From Thermoplasmatales archaeon (GTDB taxonomy: Archaea > Thermoplasmatota > Penumbrarchaeia > Penumbrarchaeales > Penumbrarchaeaceae): a stretch of DNA of 57,638 nucleotides. Both the position numbers and the translations under genes were made by a program. The stretch is from NCBI GenBank assembly GCA_030595715.1, contig JAUVCN010000002.1, forward strand, positions 1 to 57,638. Reading direction: 5' to 3'. Under the pieces are notes generated by a model. It was given only the letters and a program-made list of their open reading frames with translations. It made no database searches and was not told where the DNA came from. Below, in pieces: positions 45,312-57,638 of the stretch (the first letter of the stretch is position 1; each line of letters opens with the position of its first letter).

Positions 45312-47207
45312 ATGAAGCTTCTGCTCATCCACTCGGATCACATGGAATACCATGTCACCAAGGCTATCAAGAAACTGGCTGAAGAGGGCATGAAGGACCA
45401 AGACAGGATGGAAGAATGCCTGGTAGTATTCTGCACCGTTGAGTCACGGGACCATGAGTTCATGGAAGATGTGATCAACGGAGCCGTTTCAAACATCATC
45501 GAAACTGCTGGCAAGGTGAACACGGATCGCGTGATGATCTATCCGTATGCTCATCTATCATCCGACCTGGGAAAGCCATCCGAAGCAGTTCCTATCCTAA
45601 AGGCTCTCGAGAAAAAACTGAACAATAGTGAGATGGAGGTGAGAAGATCTCCATTCGGTTGGTACAAATCATTTGAAATATCCTGCAAGGGACATCCCCT
45701 CTCCGAACTTTCAAAGGAGATCCGACCATGGAAGGATCTTAAAAAGAAGGATGATGTCTCAAAGGCCCTGAAGAGCGAGGAGACCGTAAGGTCCGAATGG
45801 TTCGTTCTTGACCTTGATGGAAGATTACATCCCGTACGTGATGAAAACGGAAAGGTAACCGGGTTCGATTTCAAACAATACCCGGACCTTGGAAGGTTCC
45901 TTCAATATGAAATATCAAAGACAAGGGCAGTTACAGAAGAACCTCCCCATGTCAAGTCCATGAGGGCGCTGGAGATCGCTGACTACGAACCTGGGTCCGA
46001 TCCCGGGAACCTTAGATTCTACCCGAAGGGCAGATTGATCAAATCACTTCTTGAGAGATATGTGACCTCAAGGGTCAAGGACTATGGTGGAATGGAGATC
46101 GAAAGCCCAATAATGTATGATTTTGAACATCCTTCGCTGAAATCATATCTGGACAGGTTCCCTGCCAGGCAGTACACGATCGATACTCCGGATAAACGTG
46201 TCTTTCTAAGATTCGCAGCATGCTTTGGTCAATTCCTGATGGCCCATGATGCTACCATGTCATACAGGCAGATGCCCTTGAGGTTATATGAGCTTACAAG
46301 ATACAGTTTCAGAGTTGAACAGAGAGGGGAATTGGCTGGCTTGAGACGGCTCAGAGCATTCACGATGCCGGATTGCCACGCATTATGTGCAGGAATGGAC
46401 CAGGCAAAAGAAGAGATGATGGTAAGGTTCGAACTTGCCAAGTCCATCCTCTCCGAGACCGGTTTCAAAATGCCAGAAGGACTTCAGATGGCCATCAGGG
46501 TCACAAAGGATTTCTATGAGGAGAACAAAGAATTCGTTAACAATATGGCCAAAGCATATGGCCAGCCTATCGTGGTTGAGATGTGGAGGGAGAGGTTCTT
46601 CTATTTCCTTCTCAAATACGAATTCAATTTCATAGATGCAATGGGCAGGGGGTCCGCCCTGACCACCGATCAGATCGACATCGAGAACGGGGAGAGGTAC
46701 AACATCACATATACAGATGAAAATGGTGGGTCCCAATATCCATATATTCTTCATCTTTCACCCTCCGGAGCAATAGAGAGGAAAATGTATGCTTTGCTTG
46801 AGAAAGCTCATCTTGACTCATTGAAAGGGGAACCAACAAGCCTTCCATATTGGCTTTCGCCCACTCAATTGAGGCTCATACCAGTCAATGAGAGCCATAT
46901 CGGTCACTGCCAGGAAATTGCTGACGATCTGGAAGGGGTAAGAGTTGATATCGAGGACTCAGACAGGACCGTTGGCAGAAAGATCAGAGATGCCGAAAAG
47001 GAATGGATACCATACATTGCGGTCATCGGAGAAAAGGAGATCGGATCAGGATCCCTCACCGTTAGAAAGAGAGAGAAGGGGAAACCACAGATCGAGATAA
47101 CTCTGGATGATCTAAGGAAAGAACTTAAGGAAAAACAGAGAAACATGACATGGGATACCCTTTGCATGCCAAGATTGGTCTCCCTAAGACCCAAGTTCGT
47201 CGGATGA
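45312..47207 (+). CDS. thrS: Threonine--tRNA ligase, archaeal type with an N-terminal DTD-like editing domain
   Basis: 631 aa. MKLLLIHSDHMEYHV editing-domain start. Class II motifs FRVEQRGELAGLRRLRAFTMPD and GAIER. C-terminal anticodon-binding domain. Confidence 0.9.
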   Translation: MKLLLIHSDHMEYHVTKAIKKLAEEGMKDQDRMEECLVVFCTVESRDHEFMEDVINGAVSNIIETAGKVNTDRVMIYPYAHLSSDLGKPSEAVPILKALEKKLNNSEMEVRRSPFGWYKSFEISCKGHPLSELSKEIRPWKDLKKKDDVSKALKSEETVRSEWFVLDLDGRLHPVRDENGKVTGFDFKQYPDLGRFLQYEISKTRAVTEEPPHVKSMRALEIADYEPGSDPGNLRFYPKGRLIKSLLERYVTSRVKDYGGMEIESPIMYDFEHPSLKSYLDRFPARQYTIDTPDKRVFLRFAACFGQFLMAHDATMSYRQMPLRLYELTRYSFRVEQRGELAGLRRLRAFTMPDCHALCAGMDQAKEEMMVRFELAKSILSETGFKMPEGLQMAIRVTKDFYEENKEFVNNMAKAYGQPIVVEMWRERFFYFLLKYEFNFIDAMGRGSALTTDQIDIENGERYNITYTDENGGSQYPYILHLSPSGAIERKMYALLEKAHLDSLKGEPTSLPYWLSPTQLRLIPVNESHIGHCQEIADDLEGVRVDIEDSDRTVGRKIRDAEKEWIPYIAVIGEKEIGSGSLTVRKREKGKPQIEITLDDLRKELKEKQRNMTWDTLCMPRLVSLRPKFVG

Positions 47208-47371
47208 TATACTTTTCAAGCCCATGTTAGTTTCTGGGATGGTCGTTAGATAACATTCCTTCAAGATTAGAAGAAAAGGAACCAGTGATCCAAGTTTCAA
47301 CATAATACTGTTATCTTGACATAGAAAGTGACATCATTTTTCATTAACTGGCAGAAAAGATTATAAGTCAA

Positions 47372-49432
47372 GTGATTTCTAAAATGAAGGGAGACCTTTT
47401 TCATCTCCAGGCTGGCCGATCAATGGGATCCATCGCAAGAGATCACAGTTTAGAGGCTATAGAGGTAAGAAGACCTTTGAAGGCCAGACTGTACATTACT
47501 GTGGCCACCATAACTATCATGATCATGCTCCTTGGTTCTGCTTTCTCTATATATGTTCTCGACAACAACGGAATTAATGATCCGGGAATTCCAAGTGATA
47601 AAAAGGGGTCCAACGATCTTGAGATCAAGATAACACAGGGAATAGATCAGCTCATTTCAAACAAACAGATGACCATCAAAGGGAAAGTCGAAAATGGCGA
47701 TGGCTTCTTCATGGATAACGCTAAGATCTCTGCTAAGGTTCCCCTCCTTACATCAAATGTCTACAGGTCCTTTACAGATCCGAATGGCCAGTTCGAACTC
47801 AACATGGTCCTTCCACCTTTTGATGGTTCGGGAAATTATACTCTAGAGATACTTTCTGAAAAGGATGGATATAACCCGGATGTTGTTGATCTTTACCTGG
47901 AATATCTGAGACCGCCAAAATGGACCTTCATGGTATACATGAGCGATTGCGACCTGGAAACATGGGCCTTGAAGGATATAAACGAGATGGAGACCATAGC
48001 TGGAAATGAGATGGTAGACATCGTCGTCCAGCTCGACAGATGGGAAAGCCTATCTGTCAAGGATGACAGGAGCGATGGCAACTGGACCACGGCAAAGAGG
48101 TTTCTGATAGAGGAGGATGTCCAAAACAGCATCATCAGATCCACCGAGGTGCAAGATATTGGAGAGATCAATTCAGCAGAACCGGAGCAGCTTGTTGATT
48201 TTTCAACATGGGCCATGGAGGAATATCCCGCTGACCATTATGCACTGATACTCTGGAACCATGGATCGGGAATTGACGGGATCTGCTGGGAGCAGAGCCT
48301 CGAGACCGAGGAGGTCATATCCATCAATGAACTGGGATGGGCATTGACAAGGATCTCCGACATATCCGGTCAGAACCTGGACATCATCGGTTTCGATGCC
48401 TGCCTGATGTCAGCAATGGAAGTAGCATATGAGATCTCGGGAACATCGGATATAATGATCGGATCCGAGATAACAGAACCCGCGTACGGATGGGATTATA
48501 CAGTGATCGATGATCTGGTCGATGATCCGTATATGACCCCCATGCAGCTGAGCAAGAATATCGTGGAGTCATACATTTCCCAATTGGGAGATATCGGATC
48601 AAAGAAATCAATGAGCCTCGGTGTTTATGATCTATCCAAAATGGAAGACCTTGCAGACGCATTGAACGATCTGTCAACGACCATTAGCAATGCTGGTTCC
48701 AGCGAACTCTACAATATGAGGATCGCACGAAAATATGCTCAACCGATACAGGAAGGACATTCATCCGATGCAGTTGACCTGTACGATTTTGTCGATAACA
48801 TAGGAAAGACCACCGACAATTCCATTGTGAGGGAGAAAGCGGCAATCGTACTTGATCGAATAGGCTCATGTGTCATCCATTTCGACAAGATACAGGTGGG
48901 GGGCTTCTCAATCGATGGTCTCAACGGTCTATCGATCTACGCCCCCGATTTCAAGGATGTTCTGAACTCCAATGAGGATTATGACGACCTGAAAATGTCA
49001 TCGGATGTTTCCTGGAAGGACCTGCTCATTGATTATTACGATTCCATGAACGATCTTATCGAGGACAAGATACTGGATTTCGATGTCGCCCTTCTTTCCT
49101 GTTCAACATCCGATAAGGACAATGACGGCCGCATGGACACCATGAAGTACCATTTCTCAGTCCATTCAAAAGAGGACAATGTGGATGCATTCTTGGGGAT
49201 CAACATCTACGATCTAAGAGGGGACCATATTTCATCTATAGGACACAGCTTCGTTGTCTCATCCGAGAATCATAAAAGTTTCACCGTATCATTTACATTG
49301 GATGCAGAGGACGGAGGACCTGGCATGTACAGGGTGACCGCATATCTCTGCAAGGGTAACTCGTTTGACCAGAGATTTTTTCAGGATTATACAAGGTCAA
49401 GTTACAGATGGTTAGAGATATACAATGATTAG
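47372..49432 (+). CDS. Clostripain-like peptidase C11 family secreted/anchored cysteine protease
   Basis: 686 aa. N-terminal TM ITVATITIMIMLLGSAF. LILWNHGSGIDG (His, nt 48254-48265) and IIGFDACLMSAMEVAYE (Cys, nt 48392-48403). Confidence 0.8.
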   Translation: MISKMKGDLFHLQAGRSMGSIARDHSLEAIEVRRPLKARLYITVATITIMIMLLGSAFSIYVLDNNGINDPGIPSDKKGSNDLEIKITQGIDQLISNKQMTIKGKVENGDGFFMDNAKISAKVPLLTSNVYRSFTDPNGQFELNMVLPPFDGSGNYTLEILSEKDGYNPDVVDLYLEYLRPPKWTFMVYMSDCDLETWALKDINEMETIAGNEMVDIVVQLDRWESLSVKDDRSDGNWTTAKRFLIEEDVQNSIIRSTEVQDIGEINSAEPEQLVDFSTWAMEEYPADHYALILWNHGSGIDGICWEQSLETEEVISINELGWALTRISDISGQNLDIIGFDACLMSAMEVAYEISGTSDIMIGSEITEPAYGWDYTVIDDLVDDPYMTPMQLSKNIVESYISQLGDIGSKKSMSLGVYDLSKMEDLADALNDLSTTISNAGSSELYNMRIARKYAQPIQEGHSSDAVDLYDFVDNIGKTTDNSIVREKAAIVLDRIGSCVIHFDKIQVGGFSIDGLNGLSIYAPDFKDVLNSNEDYDDLKMSSDVSWKDLLIDYYDSMNDLIEDKILDFDVALLSCSTSDKDNDGRMDTMKYHFSVHSKEDNVDAFLGINIYDLRGDHISSIGHSFVVSSENHKSFTVSFTLDAEDGGPGMYRVTAYLCKGNSFDQRFFQDYTRSSYRWLEIYND

Positions 49433-49663
49433 GCCTTCCGTTCGGAACGTTCATTTGCGTTTTCCGGACAATGAACTGTGCCTTGTATTGGATGACCGGT
49501 CCGTTCGAGAAATGATCAAATTCGTATCTATCTGCCCATTTCCTCTTACAGTCTTATGGTATTCCACATTGAAAACTTGTTTACAAATGCCTTTTTTCCA
49601 GATGTAATTGGCCGGAAATATTGGATCAACATACAGACCATTTTCCAGTACTGGTCTTTATTA

Positions 49664-50800
49664 TTATTCGACCTTTAGATCGAACGCCTTCTTTATCAAT
49701 GGATGATGGACGAAACTCTTTATCCAGATCGCTTCAGAAAGGGAATGGTTCCTTACATTGAGGGGCTTTGATATGTGATCATGCCCTTTCAGAAATTGAT
49801 TGAACATTGACATCCCTTTATTGTAATGTGGATAGTTCTCGTAAACTGCGACCATTATGAGTTCCGTCGGTCTGGAGACGAAAAATATCGTATCATCTTG
49901 TAGCAGTTCTTTTCCACCGCATCCATCCATATCAAGAGGTCTCTTTGGATCTATCTTAACATGAAAAAGGGAAAGCCATGAATAATCCAGCTTTAACATA
50001 TCAGGAACCCTCATACAGGCCATATAACCTTCATCGATGAGCATCTCCTTCACTCTTGATATGGTATGTCTGGAATGCGGCACCATAGTGGCAATTCTGG
50101 ATGCAGAGATATCAGGATATTTCATCAAATAATACAGTATCTCCAGATGTTTCTTGCTCAGATCAAGGTCCGATGGTCTCTTGATCGAACTTGGAACTTC
50201 CGTCTGAAGTATGGTATCCTTGGCATATATGTCGTCTTCCATACCCGGGATATCGTGTATCAGAGAGGAGGGATCGGCTGAAATTTTACGATAAATAAGT
50301 GGTGCAAGGTTAAAAAAACGATGTACCTTTGACAGCTCGAATGGAAAAATGACCTCCTGTGGGATCTCAAGGAGGTTGAGGTCCGCAAGTGTCCTCATCC
50401 TCTCGTTGGATATCTTCATTATGTTCGTTACGTTCTCAGCCACCGAGACGGAGAATCCACGGTGTGATTCTCCCATGGAAAGGATCATCTCCGAATATAT
50501 CTCAACGTTCTTTCTTGTTTTAGCTATTCGTTCAGCTACTGAAACAGAGGGATTGAAATCACTGTAAACTGCAGCAATGAGCTCGAAACCGAGGTTCGGA
50601 AAGATCGGTATGTATGTTTCCTTGAAAAAACCTTCAGCCATTAACCTTGATTTTACAGAGGCAAATGTGGAATTGGGTAATGAGAGTATACTTGCGATTT
50701 CCGTGTCCTTCTTGTCGGGGTATGTCACAAGACCCATAAAAACAAGGTTCTCGGATTCGGAATTGCCTTTCATTTTATACCAACTTTTCCTCCAAGGCAA
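49664..50800 (-). CDS. Putative transcriptional regulator with two winged-HTH-like segments
   Basis: 378 aa. DTEIASILSLPNSTFASVKSRLMAEGFF and ILYYLMKYPDISASRIATMVPHSRHTISRVKEMLIDEGYM resemble MarR/TrmB-type wHTH. Divergent from the aconitase gene. Confidence 0.55.
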   Translation of the reverse strand: MPWRKSWYKMKGNSESENLVFMGLVTYPDKKDTEIASILSLPNSTFASVKSRLMAEGFFKETYIPIFPNLGFELIAAVYSDFNPSVSVAERIAKTRKNVEIYSEMILSMGESHRGFSVSVAENVTNIMKISNERMRTLADLNLLEIPQEVIFPFELSKVHRFFNLAPLIYRKISADPSSLIHDIPGMEDDIYAKDTILQTEVPSSIKRPSDLDLSKKHLEILYYLMKYPDISASRIATMVPHSRHTISRVKEMLIDEGYMACMRVPDMLKLDYSWLSLFHVKIDPKRPLDMDGCGGKELLQDDTIFFVSRPTELIMVAVYENYPHYNKGMSMFNQFLKGHDHISKPLNVRNHSLSEAIWIKSFVHHPLIKKAFDLKVE

Positions 50801-50895
50801 TACTACTATTTAACAATGGCGAAATATTGTGCAATATATATTATTGGACTTACCATCATTCCCGTTATCATGATAAATATTCATAATTCAGTAAT

Positions 50896-50928
50896 CTTTT
50901 TATAGACCTTCAAGAATAGACCTTCAAG
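50896..50928 (+). promoter_or_regulatory. TATA-like element plus a tandem 12-bp direct repeat (candidate operator) upstream of aconitase
   Basis: ctttttata at 50896-50904. TAGACCTTCAAG at 50903-50914 and again at 50917-50928 (period 14), 32 nt upstream of the ATG at 50960. Confidence 0.4.
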
Positions 50929-50959
50929 CCCTTGTAGGCTATAATAACGGAGGCTTCAA

Positions 50960-52882
50960 ATGGGACTCACATTGGCTCAAAAGATCCTGAGAGAACACCT
51001 TGTAGAAGGTGAGGAGAAGATCGGTGAAGAGATCGCTATCAAGATGGACCACACATTGACCCAGGATGCAACTGGGACCATGGCGTATCTTCAGTTCGAG
51101 GCCATGGGACTCGACAGGGTCCAGACAGAGCGGTCTGTCTCATTCATCGATCATAATATGCTACAATCCGATTTCAAGAATGCCGATGATCACAGATACC
51201 TGCAATCCATTGCAAAGAGGTATGGTATAACCCTTTCAAAAGCTGGTAATGGAATATGTCATCAGGTCTTCCTCGAGAGGTTCTCCACCCCCGGAAAGAC
51301 ATTGATAGGGTCCGACTCGCACACTCCGACAGCAGGAGGCATTGGACAGATATCCATTGGGGCCGGTGGCCTTGATGTTGCAGTCGCAATGGCAGGTGGT
51401 CCTTTCAAGCTGAAATATCCAAAGATCATGGGTATCGAACTTACCGGAGAACTCCCGGACTGGGTTTCGGGAAAAGACATCATACTGGAAATACTAAGAA
51501 GGATCGATGTCAAGGGCGGTCGCGGTTATATTCTCGAATATTTCGGACCCGGCATCAAAAAACTCTCGGTCCCGGACAGGGCCACTGTGACCAATATGGG
51601 AACTGAGACCGGCTGTACCACATCCATATTCCCATCCGATGAGAACACAAAAAAGTTCATGGATGCAATGGGAAGGGGAGCTTACTGGAAAGAGATGAAA
51701 GCAGATGATGATGCAGAATATGACGATACCATGGAGATCGATCTTTCTTCACTGGTCCCCCTTGCAGCAAAACCACATTCACCCGGAGCAGTTGTTCCGG
51801 TCACCGAGTTGGAGGGAATGAAGGTCGATCAGGTTAGCATCGGATCATGCACCAATTCCTCCTATCGCGATCTAATGACAGTTGCATATGCGGTCAAGGG
51901 GAAGAAGATCCACGAGGACATATCCGGAACCATCTCACCCGGGTCCAGGACCATTATAAGGGAGATGGTAAGAACGGGTGCCTATGGTGATCTCGTTGAA
52001 TCAGGTTTCAGGATCCTTGAATCCGGATGCGGCCCCTGCATCGGGATGGGGCTCGCACCGAGATCGGGAGGTGTATCCGTGAGGACATTCAACAGGAACT
52101 TCAAGGGCAGGACAGGGACAATGGATGCGGAAGCTTACCTTGTTTCCCCCGAGGTTGCAGCGGCTGTTGCTCTTACCGGAGAGTTCTCCGACCCAAGGAA
52201 ACTTGGTAAATATCACAAGGTCGAAGAACCCACCTCCTACCTGGTCGATGATAACCTCTTCATCTTCCCCCTCCCGAAAGAACAGGCAGCAAACGTTGAG
52301 ATCGTAAGAGGACCTAATATCAAACCACTGCCCGAATTCAATGAACTTCCGGCAGAACACAATGGTAAGGTCCTGATCAAGGTCGGTGATAATATCACAA
52401 CAGATCACATCATGCCAGCAGGTGCGAAGATCCTTCCGTTCAGGTCAAATATCCCTGCGATCTCGGAGTTCGTATTCTCGCAGGTGGATCCTGAGTTCCC
52501 CGCCCGTGCAAAGGAATTGGATGGAGGATTCATAATTGCAGGTGAGAACTATGGACAGGGATCATCAAGGGAGCATGCTGCGCTCGCGCCGAAATATCTT
52601 GGTGTAAAGGCGGTAATAGTGAGATCCTTTGCAAGGATACACAGGGCCAACCTCGTCAATTTTGGCATTCTCCCGCTGACATTCAAGGATCCTTCGGATT
52701 ATGAAAAGGTGGAACAGGGAGATCAGCTTCACATGGACCTGTCGGACCTTTCCGGAGACATCATTCTTGATGTCAATAACAAGGACCTGAAAATCACATT
52801 GGAGCACGATCTCTCCCCGAGAGAGATCGAGATCATCAAACAGGGTGGCACGCTCATATACACCAAGAATCAGTTGTCTTGA
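50960..52882 (+). CDS. acn: Aconitate hydratase (fused ~640-aa Aquifex-type aconitase family)
   Basis: MDHTLTQDATG, GSDSHT, Fe-S ligand contexts IGSCTNSSY and SGCGPCIGMG, swivel-domain GENYGQGSSREHAA. Context with citDEF and icd. Confidence 0.85.
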   Translation: MGLTLAQKILREHLVEGEEKIGEEIAIKMDHTLTQDATGTMAYLQFEAMGLDRVQTERSVSFIDHNMLQSDFKNADDHRYLQSIAKRYGITLSKAGNGICHQVFLERFSTPGKTLIGSDSHTPTAGGIGQISIGAGGLDVAVAMAGGPFKLKYPKIMGIELTGELPDWVSGKDIILEILRRIDVKGGRGYILEYFGPGIKKLSVPDRATVTNMGTETGCTTSIFPSDENTKKFMDAMGRGAYWKEMKADDDAEYDDTMEIDLSSLVPLAAKPHSPGAVVPVTELEGMKVDQVSIGSCTNSSYRDLMTVAYAVKGKKIHEDISGTISPGSRTIIREMVRTGAYGDLVESGFRILESGCGPCIGMGLAPRSGGVSVRTFNRNFKGRTGTMDAEAYLVSPEVAAAVALTGEFSDPRKLGKYHKVEEPTSYLVDDNLFIFPLPKEQAANVEIVRGPNIKPLPEFNELPAEHNGKVLIKVGDNITTDHIMPAGAKILPFRSNIPAISEFVFSQVDPEFPARAKELDGGFIIAGENYGQGSSREHAALAPKYLGVKAVIVRSFARIHRANLVNFGILPLTFKDPSDYEKVEQGDQLHMDLSDLSGDIILDVNNKDLKITLEHDLSPREIEIIKQGGTLIYTKNQLS

Positions 52883-52894
52883 AATGAAGGCGAT

Positions 52895-53185
52895 ATGATG
52901 ACACATACATATAAACTGAAGAGAGAAGGTACCGCTGGCACCGAGGGGAAAGAGGACTGCATCGTGAGATTATCCCCTGCAGAACCCGGTTCCGGGATCA
53001 CAATAGATCTCGAAGGCAAATCCAGGGATGTTTTCCGTGATGACGTGTTCAAACTCTTCAATGAGACGCTCAAAGGTATGGGCATAGAGGATGTGGCCGT
53101 ATGGTCGAAGGGATCGAGCCCTTTGAACTTCACCATTATCGCAAGGACCAAAGCTGCAGCGATCAAAGGAGGTGCCTTTGAATGA
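52895..53185 (+). CDS. citD: Citrate lyase gamma subunit (CitD acyl-carrier)-like protein lacking the prosthetic-group serine
   Basis: 96 aa. AGTEGKEDCIVRLSP aligns with E. coli AGTLESGDVMIRIAP, placing Lys19 (aaa, nt 52949-52951) at the Ser14 position. Overlaps citE by 4 nt. Confidence 0.7.
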   Translation: MMTHTYKLKREGTAGTEGKEDCIVRLSPAEPGSGITIDLEGKSRDVFRDDVFKLFNETLKGMGIEDVAVWSKGSSPLNFTIIARTKAAAIKGGAFE

Positions 53186-54081
53186 AGCTCAGAAGGTCCA
53201 GATTGTATGTTCCGGGTAACAACCCCAAGATGATCCCCCCTGCCGGCCTTTACGGTGGAGATGTCATCTCCCTTGACCTCGAGGATGCTGTTCATCCTGA
53301 TTTCAAGATAGATGCAAGGATGCTTGTCTCCGAAGCCCTGAAGGTAGTGGATTTCGGACCTACCGTCGAGGTAACGGTCAGGATCAATCCGATAAACACC
53401 AGATGGGGCAAATGGGACATCAAACAGATAGTATGCGAGAAACTCGATGGCATATACATCCCCAAGGTGGAGGCACCGGAAGATGTCATCCAGGTCGATG
53501 AGCTCGTGACCGAGATGGAAGATAAAAAGGGGCTCGAGATAGGCAGGATAAAACTCTTTGCCACGATGGAGACAGCCAAGGGAATACTCAACTCCAAGGA
53601 TATTGCCGTCTGTTCAAAGAGACTTGCCGGGATCACCATTGGCGGCGAGGACCTGACTGCGGACCTTGGCGGTGTAAGATCCTCTGATGGACTTGCCATA
53701 CACACATCAAGACAGCTCATCATCCTTGCTGCCAGAGCGGCAGGTATCCAGGCCATTGACACAGTATACTCCGATTTCAGCGATACCGAAGGCCTGAAGA
53801 AGGAGACAGAAATGATCAAAAAGATGGGGTTCGATGGCAAAGCCTGTATCCATCCATCACAGATCGAGGTCATACACGATGTGTTCGATCCATCCGAAGA
53901 TGAGATCAAGTATGCGGTCAGGGTCATGAAGGCCATTGAGGATGCAAAGGAGAAGGGGTCCGGAGTTATAGCACTCGGGAAAAAGATGGTCGATCGACCG
54001 ATCGTTCTGAAGGCAGAGAAGATCCTTGCACTTGCAGAGGCCGCTGAACTGCCTGTCCCTACCTTCGATGAGGTGGAATAG
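53182..54081 (+). CDS. citE: Citrate lyase beta subunit / citryl-CoA lyase
   Basis: 299 aa. MKLRRSRLYVPGNNPKM, DLEDAV, MIETA-like FATMETAKG, GGEDLTADLG, KACIHPSQI. Confidence 0.85.
   Translation: MKLRRSRLYVPGNNPKMIPPAGLYGGDVISLDLEDAVHPDFKIDARMLVSEALKVVDFGPTVEVTVRINPINTRWGKWDIKQIVCEKLDGIYIPKVEAPEDVIQVDELVTEMEDKKGLEIGRIKLFATMETAKGILNSKDIAVCSKRLAGITIGGEDLTADLGGVRSSDGLAIHTSRQLIILAARAAGIQAIDTVYSDFSDTEGLKKETEMIKKMGFDGKACIHPSQIEVIHDVFDPSEDEIKYAVRVMKAIEDAKEKGSGVIALGKKMVDRPIVLKAEKILALAEAAELPVPTFDEVE

Positions 54082-57638
<3,557 letters not shown>

Overview
This 57.6-kb window looks like an ordinary chromosomal segment of an uncultured archaeon. Archaeal markers include ribosomal protein L21e, RNA polymerase subunit Rpo4/F, Pus10, Trm5, archaeal-type ThrRS, SepF, isopentenyl phosphate kinase, type-2 IDI and a UbiA prenyltransferase. 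GC is roughly 40-45% by eye and the proteome is acidic. The secreted gingipain-like and clostripain-like peptidases fit a sediment Thermoplasmatota-like lineage, but that placement is inference only. I call about 43 CDS and one tRNA-Leu(UAA). I see no rRNA, CRISPR array, transposase or integrase. Recognisable modules are: (i) three giant type-I surface proteins (C25 peptidase, 7x FN3, integrin-like FG-GAP/He_PIG) plus a C11 peptidase and a transglutaminase-like protein; (ii) queE-queC-queD; (iii) fni-ipk plus UbiA for lipid synthesis; (iv) pus10-rpl21e-rpoF-DUF655; (v) aconitase-citDEF-monomeric IDH. The most unusual items are: a bacterial DnaA-type AAA+ protein with no DNA-binding domain IV; a 1221-aa HerA/DUF87-like ATPase fused to DUF835-like, coiled-coil and wHTH modules, with membrane-protein neighbours and a divergent K/E-rich zinc-ribbon protein that share a short linear motif; an RHH/DAC-domain (RWR instead of RHR)/coiled-coil cluster; a CitD lacking the prosthetic-group serine; and a tRNA-Leu locus surrounded by partial direct and inverted copies of itself. 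All functional calls rest on motif recognition by eye and need HMM or structure confirmation.
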